A stretch of DNA of 64,000 nt from Octopus vulgaris (lineage: Eukaryota). Of this stretch, positions 25,887 through 40,695 are shown piece by piece. The stretch spans positions 19,778,001-19,842,000 of the forward strand of contig OX597834.1 in assembly GCA_951406725.2 (NCBI GenBank), written 5' to 3'. The translations under genes and the position numbers were made by a program. Below the pieces are notes generated by a model. The model saw only the letters and a list, made by a program, of their open reading frames with translations, did not search any database and was not told where the DNA came from. Position 1 is the stretch's first letter. Every line of letters starts with the position of its first letter.

Positions 25887-26742
25887 AGAGAGGGAGAAAG
25901 AGAGTCTGAGAGAGAGATACATATATATATATACACATATATTTATATATGCACACATATATAGATGTGTGTGTGTATCTATATGTATATATGCATGTAT
26001 ATATAATATATACATACACACATATATAATGTGTTTGTGTGTGTGTGTGTGTGTGTTATATCAGAAGAAACAACAAAAATAAACATAAGTAAAAGCCTAT
26101 TCTTTGAAAACATATTTTCAAAGGTACTTTCATGAAAGAACCAACCTTTTATTCCGTTATCTTGCCTTTCTGTTAGTTACATTCTTTGACTTCATTTCTC
26201 AAGTCTGACCGATTCCATAGAGTTGGATTGTAGCCAGGCTTTGGATCATTAAACAGGTGGAAATCACACACCCCTTTTTCTTAAAGAAGCCAGTCTGGAT
26301 AACAAAAAACTTTTATCCGGTATCAGCTTTGGCTGCGACAGCATTTAATCATTGAAAAGTGCAAACCATCGAAGCGTGACATCAGGCATGCACATTGTTC
26401 CTGTTTAGCATCTTAGAATTCTCCTTTTGGTGTTGTGTGTCGAGGAGAGGGAATTTATCTGCTACACTTTTCCACTTGTTATGAATTCTTATGCAATCCA
26501 AAACTGTTTTAGGTGAAACTTAAAGCTAGGAAAATAAATCTCTGAACTTGTATTTATTTATTTATTTATTTATTTGTGATTTTTTTTATTTCTTAAAACT
26601 TTTACTGGCTATTATCAAAGCCATTGCTTTTATGTCACTCAAATCACTGTATTTGATGGCATAAAAGATGCATGGCCAGACATATTAGGCTCTCATGCAT
26701 ATTAGGTGCACTCGAACTTAAATAGTGCATTTTCAGAGAAAG

Positions 26743-26930
26743 TGGAGGTGCATGGCTTAGTAGTTAAAGTGTTGAACTCTAACCATAAGATTGTGGTTTC
26801 GATTTCTAGACTGGGTGATGAGTTGTTTTCTAGAGTAAAACACTTCCTTTTATGTTGCTTCAGTCTACTTGGCTGGCAAAATGAGTAATCATGTAATGAA
26901 CTGGCATCCCATTCAGGGAGAATCCTTATT

Positions 26931-26971
<41 letters not shown>

Positions 26972-27400
26972 TTAACATCTGTTGTCCATGCTGGCATGGA
27001 TTGGATGGTTTGACCAGGACTGGCAAGATGGAAGGCTGCACCACACTCCAGTCTGTTTTGGCACGGTTTCTATGGCTGGATGCCCTTCCTAAGACCAACC
27101 ACTGCATGAGCATAAGGGGTGCTTTTGTGTACCACTGGCACAAGTGCCATTTGTGAGACATCGATACCTGCCACAACTGTTGTTTTAATTGATTTGATGT
27201 GTCTTCTTTTCAATTATGGCATAATACCAAATGGATTCAGTTATTGCCTCCATGGGGCCCAATGCTTGAAGCTCAGCATAATGCCAAATGATCTTGGTCC
27301 TTGTCTCTGTGAGACCCAATGCTCAAAAGGTGCTTTTACATGCCACTGGCACAGGTGCCATTTGTATGACACTGGTATTTGGTATCACTACGATTTTAAT
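26743..27400. mobile_element. Family-C-like SINE (+) followed by a family F RTE tail (-)
   Basis: TGGCTTAGTAG/GGTTTCGATT boxes; (CAT)n then CCATGCTGGCATGG..GGATGCCCTTCC. Confidence 0.7.
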
Positions 27401-27403
27401 TGT

Positions 27404-27690
27404 GAAGGCACATGGCCTAGTGGTTAGAGCAGCAGACTCGTGGCTGAGGGATTGCAGGTTTGAATCTCAGATCGAGATATGAGCAAAATACCTAAGCTCC
27501 ACGTGGCTCCGGCAGAAGGTAATGGTGAACCTCCGCTGACTCTTTTGCCACAACTTTCTCTCACTCTTTCCTCCTGAATCTTCCATCTCACCTGCAACGG
27601 ACCGGCATCCCATCTAGGTGGGAAACCTATATGCCAAGGAAACCAGGAAACTGGCCCTTATGAGCCAGGCATGGCTTGAGAAGGAATAAA
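27404..27690 (+). mobile_element. tRNA-derived SINE family E
   Basis: TGGCCTAGTGG/GGTTTGAATCTC boxes; colinear with 61097-61390. Confidence 0.8.
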
Positions 27691-29214
27691 CAAATGATTT
27701 TAATTGGTTTGAAGGTTCTTCTTCCAATGCACAACATAATGCCACCAAAGATCTCAGTCATTGCCTCTGTGAGGCCCAACATTCGATTTGCCTCTGTGAG
27801 GCTCAATGCTCAAAAGGTGCTTTTTATATGCCACCAGCACAGGTGCCAGTTATGTGACACCAGCATCCGCCACAATGCAATTTCCCTTGGCTCAACAGAT
27901 CTTCGCAAGCACAGCATATCGCCAAATGTCTTGGTCACTAGTCATTGCTAGAGAAACCAGGAAACTGACCCTATGCTCCTTAAAGGTGTAATATGGACTA
28001 AAGATATTCAGAGGAAAGTGTGTGTCAGGGACAGAATTAATTTATGGGAGGCCCACCACAGTATGTAAGATCCAAACTAATTTTTTGAGGTTTATTTTAA
28101 GGAAATAGATGCATCTTATATACCATCAAACATGGTACTTTTTTTTTATTCTATTATAACTGAAAAGATGGGAATAACATGAGGGTGCTTGATGCAAAAC
28201 AAAATATGAAAGATAAAGAATACAAACTAAAAAGCAACTAAAAATGAATGGAAGAAAATTTAGTGAAGGGCTACGGTTTATTGTTAAGTGTGTTGTTAAG
28301 AGGGAAATCCAGGAAGACATGGCACGAAGTACTGAAGGTGAATTTGAAGAGATTAAGTCTTGTGAAGGAGATGGCTAATAACTGAGATATCAGGTGCATT
28401 GCTGTACTCAATATCTGGTGCATTGCTGCTACAGCAGATTTGATACCAGTGCTGGTGTCACATTAAAAGCACATATGCTGGTGTCACATTAAAATCATTG
28501 GTGCTGGTGCCACATAAAATTCACCCAGCACACTCCATGGAGTGGTCGACATTAGGAAGGGCATCCAGCTGTAGAATCTATGGCAAAACAGGCAATGGAA
28601 TCTGATGTAGTCCCTGGCCTTAACCAACTCCAGTCTGACCCATGCCAGCATGAAAAATTGGACGTTAAATTATGATGATGACGACGATGGTGTTTTATCT
28701 GTTGTTAGTCGTTGTTGATCCAGTATTATTGACATTCTTGAATTATGAAACAACCCGTGTACACCCTATTTAGATTACATTGAGTTATGTATTGCGAATG
28801 GGGACTTCAGCATAGCATTTCTCTTATGTCTCTTGATAATAATTGTATCAACCCTATTCAATGTCTTATCATCTGTTCGGGGAGCAAAGTCATGTTTAAT
28901 ATTTCTTCGATTTCTCTTTCTTGTCTTTATTGTATTCGTCAGTTGTTTCCTGTTACAAACCAGAAGAATTCCATTTTAGCATTCATTCATCCCTTTTATT
29001 CTGTCCGTCATTCAACGATATTTTAGACTATTGAGCTTAATCGTAACACAATGAACCTGTGCTACGACCAATCATCAGGAACTGCATCTTTTTCCTTTCC
29101 TTTTATTGTAGAAACAGTTAGATTACTTTGTGGCATGCTCTGTGCACTAAAACAGGTTTAGCAGCTATTCTACATGCACTTCCGTTTCCATGTTCTTTCA
29201 AATATATATTTGTT

Positions 29215-29256
<42 letters not shown>

Positions 29257-29580
29257 GTAATAATAATAATAATAATGATAATAATAATAATAACAGTAAT
29301 AATAGTAATAATAATAATACTTTACTTTCTTAAAAGCACAAGGCCTAAAATTTTGAGGAAGGGATAATTGATTACATCGACCCCAATACACAGCTGGTAA
29401 TCCCCCTAGATCACTGGTCTTCACACCCTCTTTTTGTCTCTCTCTCTCTCTTTATGTATATATATGTGTTTGTGTGTGTGTATGTATGTATACATATATA
29501 TCATATCATATATATATATATTATATATATAATATATATATATACATATATAATATATATATATATCATATATACATACA

Positions 29581-29649
<69 letters not shown>

Positions 29650-29654
<5 letters not shown>

Positions 29655-29800
29655 CAAAGTTTACGAAAAAATCAAAAGACGAAGACAGGTGGTGTACAAA
29701 ACAAACAGATGTATTAGTATAACACTCAGGAAAAGAAAAAGTCTTTTACGTTTCGAGCCTACGCTCTTCTACAGAAAGGTACACAGAAAAAACAAGGAGG
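29650..29800 (-). mobile_element. Penelope-derived tail with hammerhead-like motif (29743-29778)
   Basis: CTTT-CTGTAGA-A-GAGCgtagGCTC-GAAACGTA-AAAG; abuts (TA)n. Confidence 0.8.
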
Positions 29801-30098
29801 GATAGATGATATTTTGCTTAGGCATTGTGAGACCAATAACCCAATGTAGAACTCAATATATGTATCTTTCTGAATGAAGTGTTGTGTAAGTAGTACAGAG
29901 TATTAAAAAGAAAGAGAGATGGCAAACGAATGAATGGTTATTCCTTTGTCCTCTCTCTTTCTTATAATAAGACTCCAGCAATGTAACTACACACATGCTG
30001 TTGGTGATTTCTTTTCCTTCTTTGGACTTTTCCCTTTCTCCTTTCTGACAAAAAGCTAAATATGGACTAAATCCATACCTAGCATAAACACTATTTTA

Positions 30099-30183
30099 CC
30101 CTGATGATGAGGGCATTCTATGGAAATGGATCAAAAGATTCATATGTAATCAGCATAAAAGTACTCCTGAAATGATCGTTGGG
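30099..30183 (+). ncRNA. Decayed type-I hammerhead-like motif with long stem II
   Basis: CC-CTGATGA-T-GAGGGC...GTACTC-CT-GAAA-TGATCG-TT-GG; near-palindromic ATGATCGT. Confidence 0.4.
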
Positions 30184-30517
30184 ACCCCTCTTTTTCCACT
30201 AACATGTTACCCAAAATTCCTTTTAATGCCTATTACTTCTCTATATTATATTTGGAATTTTTAAAAACATATTTTTTCTATATTTCATTATTTTTATCTG
30301 CATTCTATTATTATTATGTTTACATATTTATATATCGATATATATGTATGTTGGTGTTTATTCTTGTCTTGTCATCAGATGTACATTTTTAATATTCATA
30401 TATTTTTATATTTCGAATATATCAATACGTTTCAGATTGGAAAATTCTTATTTTATCCTAATTAAACCCGCGTGTGTTAATTGTAGTCTGCCTAATTTGA
30501 ACCTTTTCTATTGTATC

Positions 30518-30598
<81 letters not shown>

Positions 30599-31327
30599 GC
30601 ATATATATATAGATATATGTGTATGTATATATATATGTGTGTGTGTGTATGCATGCATGCAAATATATATATAGAGAGAGATTTTCATTACCTTAGCTAA
30701 TGAAAATCTTATCCAGGCATATATATATATATGATGGCAAAATTTAGATGTACAAACAGACATTTAGTTACCAAGGTGATCAGAGGATTTACTACCATTC
30801 ATAGTATATTTTGAAAATCAAAAGTCGTACCAACAAATGTCAGGAGCTATGAAGTATAATATGGAAAGGACATTATTAATTAGCCAATTGTTTCTTCAAA
30901 TTAATATTCATAAGTATTCATAAACAAAAAATACGAAAAAGGAGATAATAGATTTCTCTAGAAATGCAGTATAACTTTCAAGTCATGCGTGTGTATGTAT
31001 GTGTGTGTGTGTGTGTGTAAATGTAACTTATATATATAGGTTGCTGGGTTTGTATATTTATCTACCTATGTGCTTGTCTGTTTGTCTCTTAATATATAGT
31101 TATGTATCTGTGTGTAAGCATAACACACACATTCATTAATATATATACACATATATATTATAAATATATATATTATACATATTACATATGTATATATATT
31201 ATATATATATATAATATACACACACACATATATATTGTAAATATATATATATTATACATATTATATATGTATATATATATATATATAATATACACACAAA
31301 CATATACATTGTAAATATATATATATT

Positions 31328-31407
<80 letters not shown>

Positions 31408-31828
31408 AAATGCACACACATTTATATGTATTATATAACACACACGCACACACATAATTTCATACATACATATATAAACAAGAAATAAAAAAAAAAAGCA
31501 CAAAATATGATATAAAAGCTAAATCCTTTTAGGAAATTAGTTTTCACTCCTTTTTTTTTTAGTATTTTCTATCTTTATTTTTAGAGATATTTTCTTTTTT
31601 TCCAATTTTCAAAAATATTATGAATATTGATGAGTCATGTGACTATTTGGTCACTGTATGTCATTAGAAAAAAACAAAAAGAACAAGAAATTGTTGCATT
31701 TTCTATGTCTGTAGGTTTTTCCTTCTTCGAAATTGTACAGTCTGATAACATCTATTTATATTGAGCTTTCTTTGAAACGACTTCTTAGCAGTGTACACAT
31801 AGCAAAGGTTAGCCTTCATCATGTGAGG

Positions 31829-32830
31829 TTAACTCTTTAGCGTTTAAAGCAGTCATATCCAGCTTAACTATTCAGTCCGTTTTATGTTCAAATCAGCTAG
31901 ATCTGGCCTCTCACACTCACCCTACAATGTCCTTCTGACAATGCACGATTAAATCCAAACTATGTGAATAGATAAGCGATAAATTTGATGGAGTAATCTG
32001 CAAACTGAATGGATAAACCGTAGCCACCCTGGAAAAGAATCAACTGATACCATCACTCCCACAAACCATTATCTTGGCTAGATCTGGTCTCTTACACCTA
32101 CCCTACCATTTCATTTTAACAATAAGCCATTACATCAATGAAATCTTGAGGCTATGAGATAATGCCGGATTACTTCAAGACAATGTGGATAATCTGACAG
32201 GGTAATCTGAATGCTAGAGGGATAAACTGATGCCACCCTGGAAAAGAATCTATTTTTAACCATCATCATCATCATCATCATCATCCAGTGTTTTAAATCC
32301 AGGTTTTGTCCCCATTAATAGGTGAGGCCGGATCTATCTCAATGCCATAGCAACTGCTCTCACACCATCTTGCCACCTTGCTCGGTTTTGGGCATCTTCC
32401 TTTTTTAGACCAACCCTTCCAATCTCCACTACCTATCCTCTCCACCTTTTCCTCGCCCCACCTTTCTATTATGCTCCATTTACCTCAAACGCAATCACCC
32501 TCCTCAGAACATGCTCTTCATCCCTCCCCAACACATCCCTCCTTCCATACCACTTCACTCCATTCACCCTTGCCAACCATTCCATCATAATTCCAAACCA
32601 TTATCTTGGAGATATTACATACATATAAGTGTAACTCTTCAACTCTTTAGCATTTAAACTGACCACACCTGACCCAAATATTCTACCTGTTTTATGTTCA
32701 AACTGGCAACATCTGACTTCTCACACTTACCCTACAATGTCATTTTGGAAGTAAACAATAATACCACTGAAATCTCAAAGCTATGAGATAATGAATGGTT
32801 AATTCAAAATAATGTAAAGAAATAGGCTTT
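31829..32830 (+). mobile_element. Several decayed or duplicated TTAA-type MITE copies
   Basis: TTAACTCTTTAGC(A/G)TTTAAA ends and shared body TTTATGTTCAAA...CCCTACAATGTC; same family at 24805-25400 and 39595-39812. Confidence 0.6.
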
Positions 32831-33825
32831 ATAATTGTCTTCCATAAAACAACCTTGCCCAAACATGTACCCCGGAAGGGAAATTTATAGGTGCAATCCC
32901 ATAGTCATTTGCGACCGAAGGGATCCTTTTCCCTTTGCCCAAATAGGTGTCTGATACTTACCTCTGTGGCACTTTCTGCAAGGGACTTCCACTATAAACC
33001 AGAGTTGACCAAAGCTTTCCAAGAGAATTCGGTAAAAGGAAACTGTATGGAGGCCTATCTTATATATATGCATCCCTGTGTGTGTGTGTGTGTGTGCATT
33101 TATGAGCATATGCATATATATGAATGTTTGTGTTTATTCTTGTCTTGACATCAGATGTTAATTTTGAGGATTTCTATCAGTCAATCAGTCTTCTGTGAAA
33201 GCCATAGGAAAGTCTGACCATAGGAAAATATTACGTTGCTGGGAAACAAGTGAGGGCTGGTGAGAGGAAGGGTATCTGGCCATGGAAGATACACCTACCT
33301 GAACTCTGGTTAACCCATGCAAGCATAGAAAAGAGGACATTAAAATGACAATGATGATAATGATGATGATGATGATGATGTCGACATCGACGACGGTTAT
33401 GATGAGAATTATGATGATGATGATAATGTAGTGATGCTGCTGATGATGATGATGTCAACGCCGACGACGATGATGATGAGTATGATGATTATGATGACGT
33501 GGATGATAACACTAATGCTGATGATGATGATGAAGATGATGATAATCATCATCATCATAGGGACAAAGATGAAAATGGGCATAGCAACAATAGCACTGAT
33601 GACCACCACCAACACCAACACCGTGACCACCACCATACAAGTCACAACTGGCAGCATACGATGTGATAAATCAGGATACTGTCTGAAATATACTCAGCGG
33701 AAAATTTCATAATGTCATACCAGAATAAATTATTCTTTGAATAAATGGACAATAATATGCTAAGATTTTTATCAAAGTAAGCAATAACATGAAATGGTTT
33801 ATTATTATATTTATTGTTATTATCA

Positions 33826-33880
<55 letters not shown>

Positions 33881-34466
33881 CATCATTATTATCATTATTA
33901 TTATCGTTATTTATTATTATTATTATTTTCTAATTCTCTCATTCAATTGTTTGCACAAAATTTCGCCATCTGCAAAAACAAAGAAAAAATAGATAAATAA
34001 AAAGGAACCAAACAAGATTACAAAATGCACGCAAAAAAAAATCCTGTTGTGATATTTCTATGTCTAATACTGGAATTTCCCCTGCCCCGTTTTCATTTTC
34101 AGTGATTTTTACATCAAATTCTACATCAAAGTACAAAAGTAATTGTTATTTTGTGACAGTAATTATTTTGCTGCTGGAGACGTCTCTTCAAAATATCACA
34201 GTACACACATGCACACACACACACGCGCAGACGTGTGTGTGGGTATGTATACATAACTACATATATATAGTTATGGATATATGATGTATATAGAAATAAA
34301 TATATGTAACATATGTGTATATATAATTATATATATATACACATATACATATGTATACACACATACATGCACATATATTCCTTTATGTATATATATATAT
34401 ATATGTATGTATGTGTGAGTATATATATGTGTGTGTTTCTGTAGATATATACATATGCACACACAC

Positions 34467-34499
<33 letters not shown>

Positions 34500-34600
34500 C
34501 ATATATATGTACATATTTATATGTATGTATATATATATATATGTATGTGTATATATATATGTATATATTTATATGTATATATATATATGTGTATGTATGT

Positions 34601-34653
<53 letters not shown>

Positions 34654-34667
34654 TGTATGTATGTGAG

Positions 34668-34703
<36 letters not shown>

Positions 34704-35355
34704 CACAGTGAAATTCTACTTGGACCACACTAGTGTCTTGCAGAAACACACTGCCTGTCACAAAGTTATTCTTCATTAGAAACCAAAGAAAATGAAGGAG
34801 ACAGGAATATTACGAAATTTCCCTGTAGAATTCCTTAAAATAGTTCATGTCCCCCACCCTCCCCATTTGATTGGTTCCCCTCCCCCTCACCACCCCATAA
34901 GATAAAGATAAACCAAGAAAAAGAAAGGATAAAAAACAAATTGAAATGAAATAAAAATTTGATTGAACAACTTCCAATCTAAGTATCTTAATTGTTTTTA
35001 TTTTTATATTTTATCTTTTTTGTTGTATTTTTTTTTTGTCTTTGGTACCACCTGATATCAGCTTCCATTCTAGCAGTGCCAAAATAAATGATGACTGTCT
35101 GAAAATTATGGTAAAAACATGAGGAAATCCAATAAAATTCTCATCTAACAAGTATTGCTCTCCAAAGATGGAACATACATAAAAGACAATACACACACAC
35201 ACACACACACACATGTACACATTTACACAAGCTCAAACACACACACACAGACATACACACATGCATTCATACACACACACACATACACAGATGTACATTA
35301 ACACAGACACAAACACACACAGACATACACACACACAGACGTACACACACACACA

Positions 35356-35389
<34 letters not shown>

Positions 35390-35878
35390 TATACACACAC
35401 AGACATATACACACACGCACACACTCACACACTAGACATGCATACTCACATGTATATATACACACAAACATAGCGACACTTATATACACATATATACAAC
35501 ATCACTTAAACACACACATCGAGAGTGATGCTTATAAACACACACAAATTCAGCAACACTTACATATTGTGACTTTTCTGCACACACATACATACTGGCA
35601 TTTATACACACACATGCAGACACACGCACACACACCTACACACACTCACACACACACACGCATATGCAGTAAAACATACACTCACACATACATATACATG
35701 CAGACAAACATGACGACAGTCACATACACACATACATACACGGCAACATATTCACACATAAACAGTGACGCATATACACATATATACAACAAAACTTACA
35801 CACACACACACACACACATCACAAATTTGCATGCACATGCACACATACATATGCACACATACCCAGGTATACTTAGAA

Positions 35879-35953
<75 letters not shown>

Positions 35954-36609
35954 CATTCCTGTACGTAGATGCACTCACATCCTTGTATTATACAAGGTTA
36001 CATTGTTTAAGCGTGCCCATCAAAGGGTGCCACTCCGTGTGTTGGTGAATAGTTATTTCTTTGTCTCTAATATATTGTCATTGGCATCATTGATGACTGA
36101 CGAGATTAGTTTGTTTCCGAACAAGGAACGTGCACACATACACATACATAAATATATATATATATACATACATACATACATATATATATACATGTATATA
36201 TATATATATACACATACATACATACATACGTACATACATATATATATATATATACATACATACATATATGTATGTATATATTTATGTATATATATTGATA
36301 TGTATATATATATACATGTATATACACACATACATGTATATATACATATATATATACACATATATATACATGTATATATATATACATATATATACAAATA
36401 TATATATATCTATATATATATATGTATGTGTATATATATATATATATACATACATATACATATTTATGTATGTATATAATGTATATATGTATATATACGT
36501 GTGTGTGCGTGCATGTGTGTGTGTCCAGTGTTTGTGTGGGGGCTATTTTTGTTTTGTACTGGCTGGTTTTGTTCCCTTTTTCCCCTTTTTTCTTTTGTTA
36601 CATATTTGA

Positions 36610-36675
<66 letters not shown>

Positions 36676-36860
36676 GTAAAGAGGATGTTTCTTAGCACCT
36701 AGAGAGACACAGGAACAGCTGCCGGTAGAACAGAAAAAAAAAGAGAAAATCGATAGATTTCCATTGATTTCCAACTATTGGTTTGGTTGACTTCAAAAGG
36801 CCTTTATGTGTAGAATATAATATAGTAGAATAGTAGAATAGAAATATCTATGTATGAAGG

Positions 36861-36894
<34 letters not shown>

Positions 36895-38133
36895 AGAATA
36901 AGTATATATGAATGATTGTAGGTGTATATATATATATATATATATATAAGAAAAAATATACATGTCAAGTATGTAGGTATATATATTTATGTATATATAT
37001 ATGTATGTGTGTGAGTGCACATGTGTGGGTGTGTGTATATATATATACATATTATATATATATATGTATTTTTATGCATATATTTGTGTGTGTTTATATG
37101 TAATATATTCATATATTTACAAATATACATTCATGCACACACAAACACACACACACCCACACATAAACACAAACACACACACACACACACATATACATAT
37201 ATATATATAGAGATAGATAGACATAGATATATATGAACATTCACATGTGCATACATACATATAGACAGATATATATACATAAACTGGTATGTGTGTGTGT
37301 GTATTACCCCCCTCTCTCTCTCTCATACACACACACATGTCAGCATACACTTGTACGTTATATTCCCTTAATTCCCCAGGTACATATGTACTAGCAATAT
37401 TTCATTGTGACTTGTGACTCTTAACTTGTGAAAGAAGCAAAACGTAAAACAGAAATGGCGTAATGTTCATGACTTATGCAAGAGTCTTGTAATATTAAGT
37501 AAAGCTGGTAACTAGTCACATCTAAGAACTGAAACTGGTTTCAATAGTCTGCGTATTCCTTTTGACAAGAACTCAATGCTACATTATAGAGCCTGTTAAT
37601 CAATAACATTATTAATAACTTGTCGCATTGGCAAAGGGCCAAAAATTTTGTAAAGGGATTGATGTAGTTTGATCTAATCAATCCAACAACATGGTTGGTA
37701 GTTATTTCATTGGCCTCCTCCCTGGGGGATTGGAAAATAATACCAATCTGTGTTTTACTTAAATCAATGTTTTATGAACCAGCCTGAAAAATCATAAAGC
37801 TACAAAAGCCGAAGAGGTGAAACCGTTAATGTAGTAACGGCTCTTACGGCTGGGGAGGTTGCTGTGGTTATTCACATACAGACTATTCCAGTTTATGTCC
37901 AAAGAAACTCTTTATCCACTCGGCTGATTAGTAATTCAATCACTAATAGATATGCTCCAACTTCTGGCCCACAGACATGCTGTATCCACCTCCTCTCTCT
38001 CACCCACTACAAAGAAATGAGCTCTTTGGTGTACCACTGAGCCAATGTCTGGAATGATGCTGATGCACCCCCCCACACACACACACACATCCTACGCTAC
38101 AGCCAATAGCAAAAACAAAAACAAAAAGAGAAC

Positions 38134-38545
38134 TCATCATCATCATCATCATCGTTTAACGTCCGTTTTCCGCGCTAGCATGGGTTGGACGGTTCAGCTG
38201 GGGTCTGGGAAGCCAGGGGCTGCTCCAGGCTCCAGTCTGATCTGGCAGAGTTTCTACGGCTGGATGCCCTTCCTAACGCCAACCACTCCGCGAGTGTAGT
38301 GGGTGCTTTTTACGTGTCACCTGCACAGGTGCCAGGGGGGGGGGTCCGGCATCGGCCACGATCGGTTGGAGCTTTTAACATGCCAGCAGCACAGAAGCCA
38401 GCCAAGGCGGCGCTGGCAACGGCCACGTTCGGATGGTGCTTTTTATGTGCCACTGGCACAGAATCCAGTCGGGGTGGCGCTGGCATCGGGACGGTGCTGG
38501 CATCGGAAGGTGGTGCTGGCATCAGGGCGGTGCTGGCATCGGAAC
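38134..38545 (-). mobile_element. Family F RTE 3' UTR fragment
   Basis: (CAT)n, CGTTTAACGTCCG, GGATGCCCTTCCTAACGCCAACCACTCC and tandem modules. Confidence 0.85.
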
Positions 38546-38945
38546 TATTTGATTTATTTAAAGCCATCCACACAGGGCTGGATTAAGAGCCACAAAGAGG
38601 CCCTAAGCACACCCAATTCTATCCCCATTCACTTCTGCTCACTTAGCACCTTGTGCAGCCATCCTGGTACCTCATAATCACTATTTTTATCTCTCTCTCT
38701 CCCACTTCACCCCAGTCGCTCCCACCGTCTCTTAGATAGAAAAACCAGAACACTACTAACAGCATATTGAAGTCACCACCCCAAAGCAGACGCAGACTGA
38801 CTATATCTACCCCACTCAGAACCATGAGCAAGAGTAACCATATAGCAAGAGACATATTCTGTTCAGGTGTCTTCTCTCATACTTTAACCAGGGCTGGTTT
38901 AAGACCCACAGACACCCTAAGCTCTTAAAAGATTTTGGTGCCTCC

Positions 38946-39255
38946 ATCATCATCATCATCATCATCATCGTTTAACGTCCGTTCTCCATGCTAGCATGGG
39001 TTGGACGGTTCGACCGGGGATCTGGGAAGCCAGAAGGCTGCACCAGGCTCCAGTCTTATCTGGTAATGTGTGTACAGCTGGATGCCCTTCCTAACGCCAA
39101 CCACTCCGTGAGTGTAGTGGGTGCTTTTTACGTGCCACCTGCACAGGTGCCAGGCGAGGCTGGCAATGACCACGGTCGGATTGGTGGTTGCCAGCCTCGC
39201 CTGGCACCTGTGAAGGTGGCACGTAAAAAGCACCCACTACACTCACGGAGTGGTT
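38946..39255 (-). mobile_element. Family F RTE tail with a 5' fold-back inversion
   Basis: Arms 39099-39166 and 39188-39255 are reverse complements with one mismatch. Confidence 0.88.
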
Positions 39256-39812
39256 TGTAATTCAAAATATAAACTATAATAAACCATTAAATAATTTTTT
39301 ATTTTTCAAAATGAAACAAAACTAACGGCAAAACTGAAAATAATGTTTATTTTTGTATGCTTCCATTTAACTTATATTTGAAAAATTTTCTCCTACATTT
39401 TTTTTATTGCAAAGTCTTTGATCAGATCCTCACTACGACACCATGAACACTTTGAAATTATATTTCCAAAAATATAAACCACTTTGAATATTATTTTAGC
39501 AAGTTTAAAGGGATTTTCTTTTGTGCCATAAACCATTTACCATTTCTGTGATGCTCCTACTTCCCTTGATATCCTAAGTATGTGCTTATTTTTCTTAACC
39601 CTTTAGCATTCAGACTTTTCTATCAAATGTAATGTTTATTTATTCACACCGTTTTGAATTAATCATGCATTACCTTGCAGTTCTGAGATTCTGATATGAT
39701 TGCTTATTTTTAGAATAGCATTGTAATGTAGGTGTGAGAGGCAGAATCTAGCTAATTTGAAAAATAAAACATAGAATATTTTGACCAGGTATGGCTGGTT
39801 TAAATGCTAGAG

Positions 39813-40396
39813 AAATGGTTTTCATCCGGGGTCCATATACCCACTGAAGGTCCATATAAGATTTTTAGGGGTCCACACAACAAAATAGGAAATTAGGGAT
39901 TCACCATAGTATTCTTAGGGCCCCTGAAAATTTTTTCCTTTAGATGTATGTATTGGTATGTGTTACAAGAAACAGCTAGGAGTCTTTCTTGAACATTTTA
40001 CACAGTTCAAACCACACAAGTTAATGTATGGAAAACAAAACAGAAATTTTGTAAGAAGTTTCTATAAAACTAGTTTTTAAACATCGAATTGTTATGAAAT
40101 TCTACTAGAATGAAATAGTTATCAAAGGAATCTGTAATGGTATTTTAAGAGTCCCTGAAAAAATTTTCCTTTAAATGTATGTATGCATTGGTATGTCATA
40201 CAAGAAACATCTGGGTTTCTTTCTCTAACATTTTACATAATTCAACCTACACAAATAAATGTGCAGAAAACAAAAAAGGAATTTTTAAAGAAGTCTCTAT
40301 GAAACTAGTCTTTAAACACTGAATGGCTATGGGGGTCAACCAGAATAAAATAATAATCAAAGGGTTCCATAGATAAAAAGTGGTTGAGAACCCCTG
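39813..40396. mobile_element. hAT-like non-autonomous element with an internal ~230-bp direct duplication
   Basis: Right end GGTTGAGAACCCCTG, decayed left end TGGTTTTCATCCGGGG; ~39905-40135 resembles ~40136-40370. Confidence 0.6.
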
Positions 40397-40419
40397 TGAT
40401 AAAGGGATAATGGTTAATC

Positions 40420-40647
40420 CAGCACTGCATTCACAGACATACTTCATTTCACCGTTCTTTGCAGCTATTGTTGCCACACTTCCATCATGCCACTCAACCT
40501 GGGTATTATGCATAAACTCACTTGAAAATTTTTTGCTCTCCTTCAAAACAGAATGAAGTTTCTTACATCTTTCATGATTTTCAATGAGCTTTAGCATTCA
40601 GTTGTTAGATGTTTCAAGATATTTTGCCATTCCAGTTGTGGTGGTTT

Positions 40648-40650
<3 letters not shown>
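40420..40650 (-). mobile_element. R4/Dong-clade LINE fragment
   Basis: KTTTTGMAKYLETSNN*MLKLIENHERCKKLHSVLKESKKF aligns by eye with KITTIGQLKYL...KQEQNKKLSSVSKEADKY in the 41690-43590 element; abuts (TAA)n. Confidence 0.6.

Positions 40651-40695
<45 letters not shown>

Noticed and set aside
36097-36125. CTGACGA...CGAA hammerhead candidate
   Set aside because: No convincing stem II, no GAAA and no stem I
40247-40597. Complex-looking 116-aa ORF as a host exon
   Set aside because: Explained as an R4/Dong fragment running into a hAT-like element
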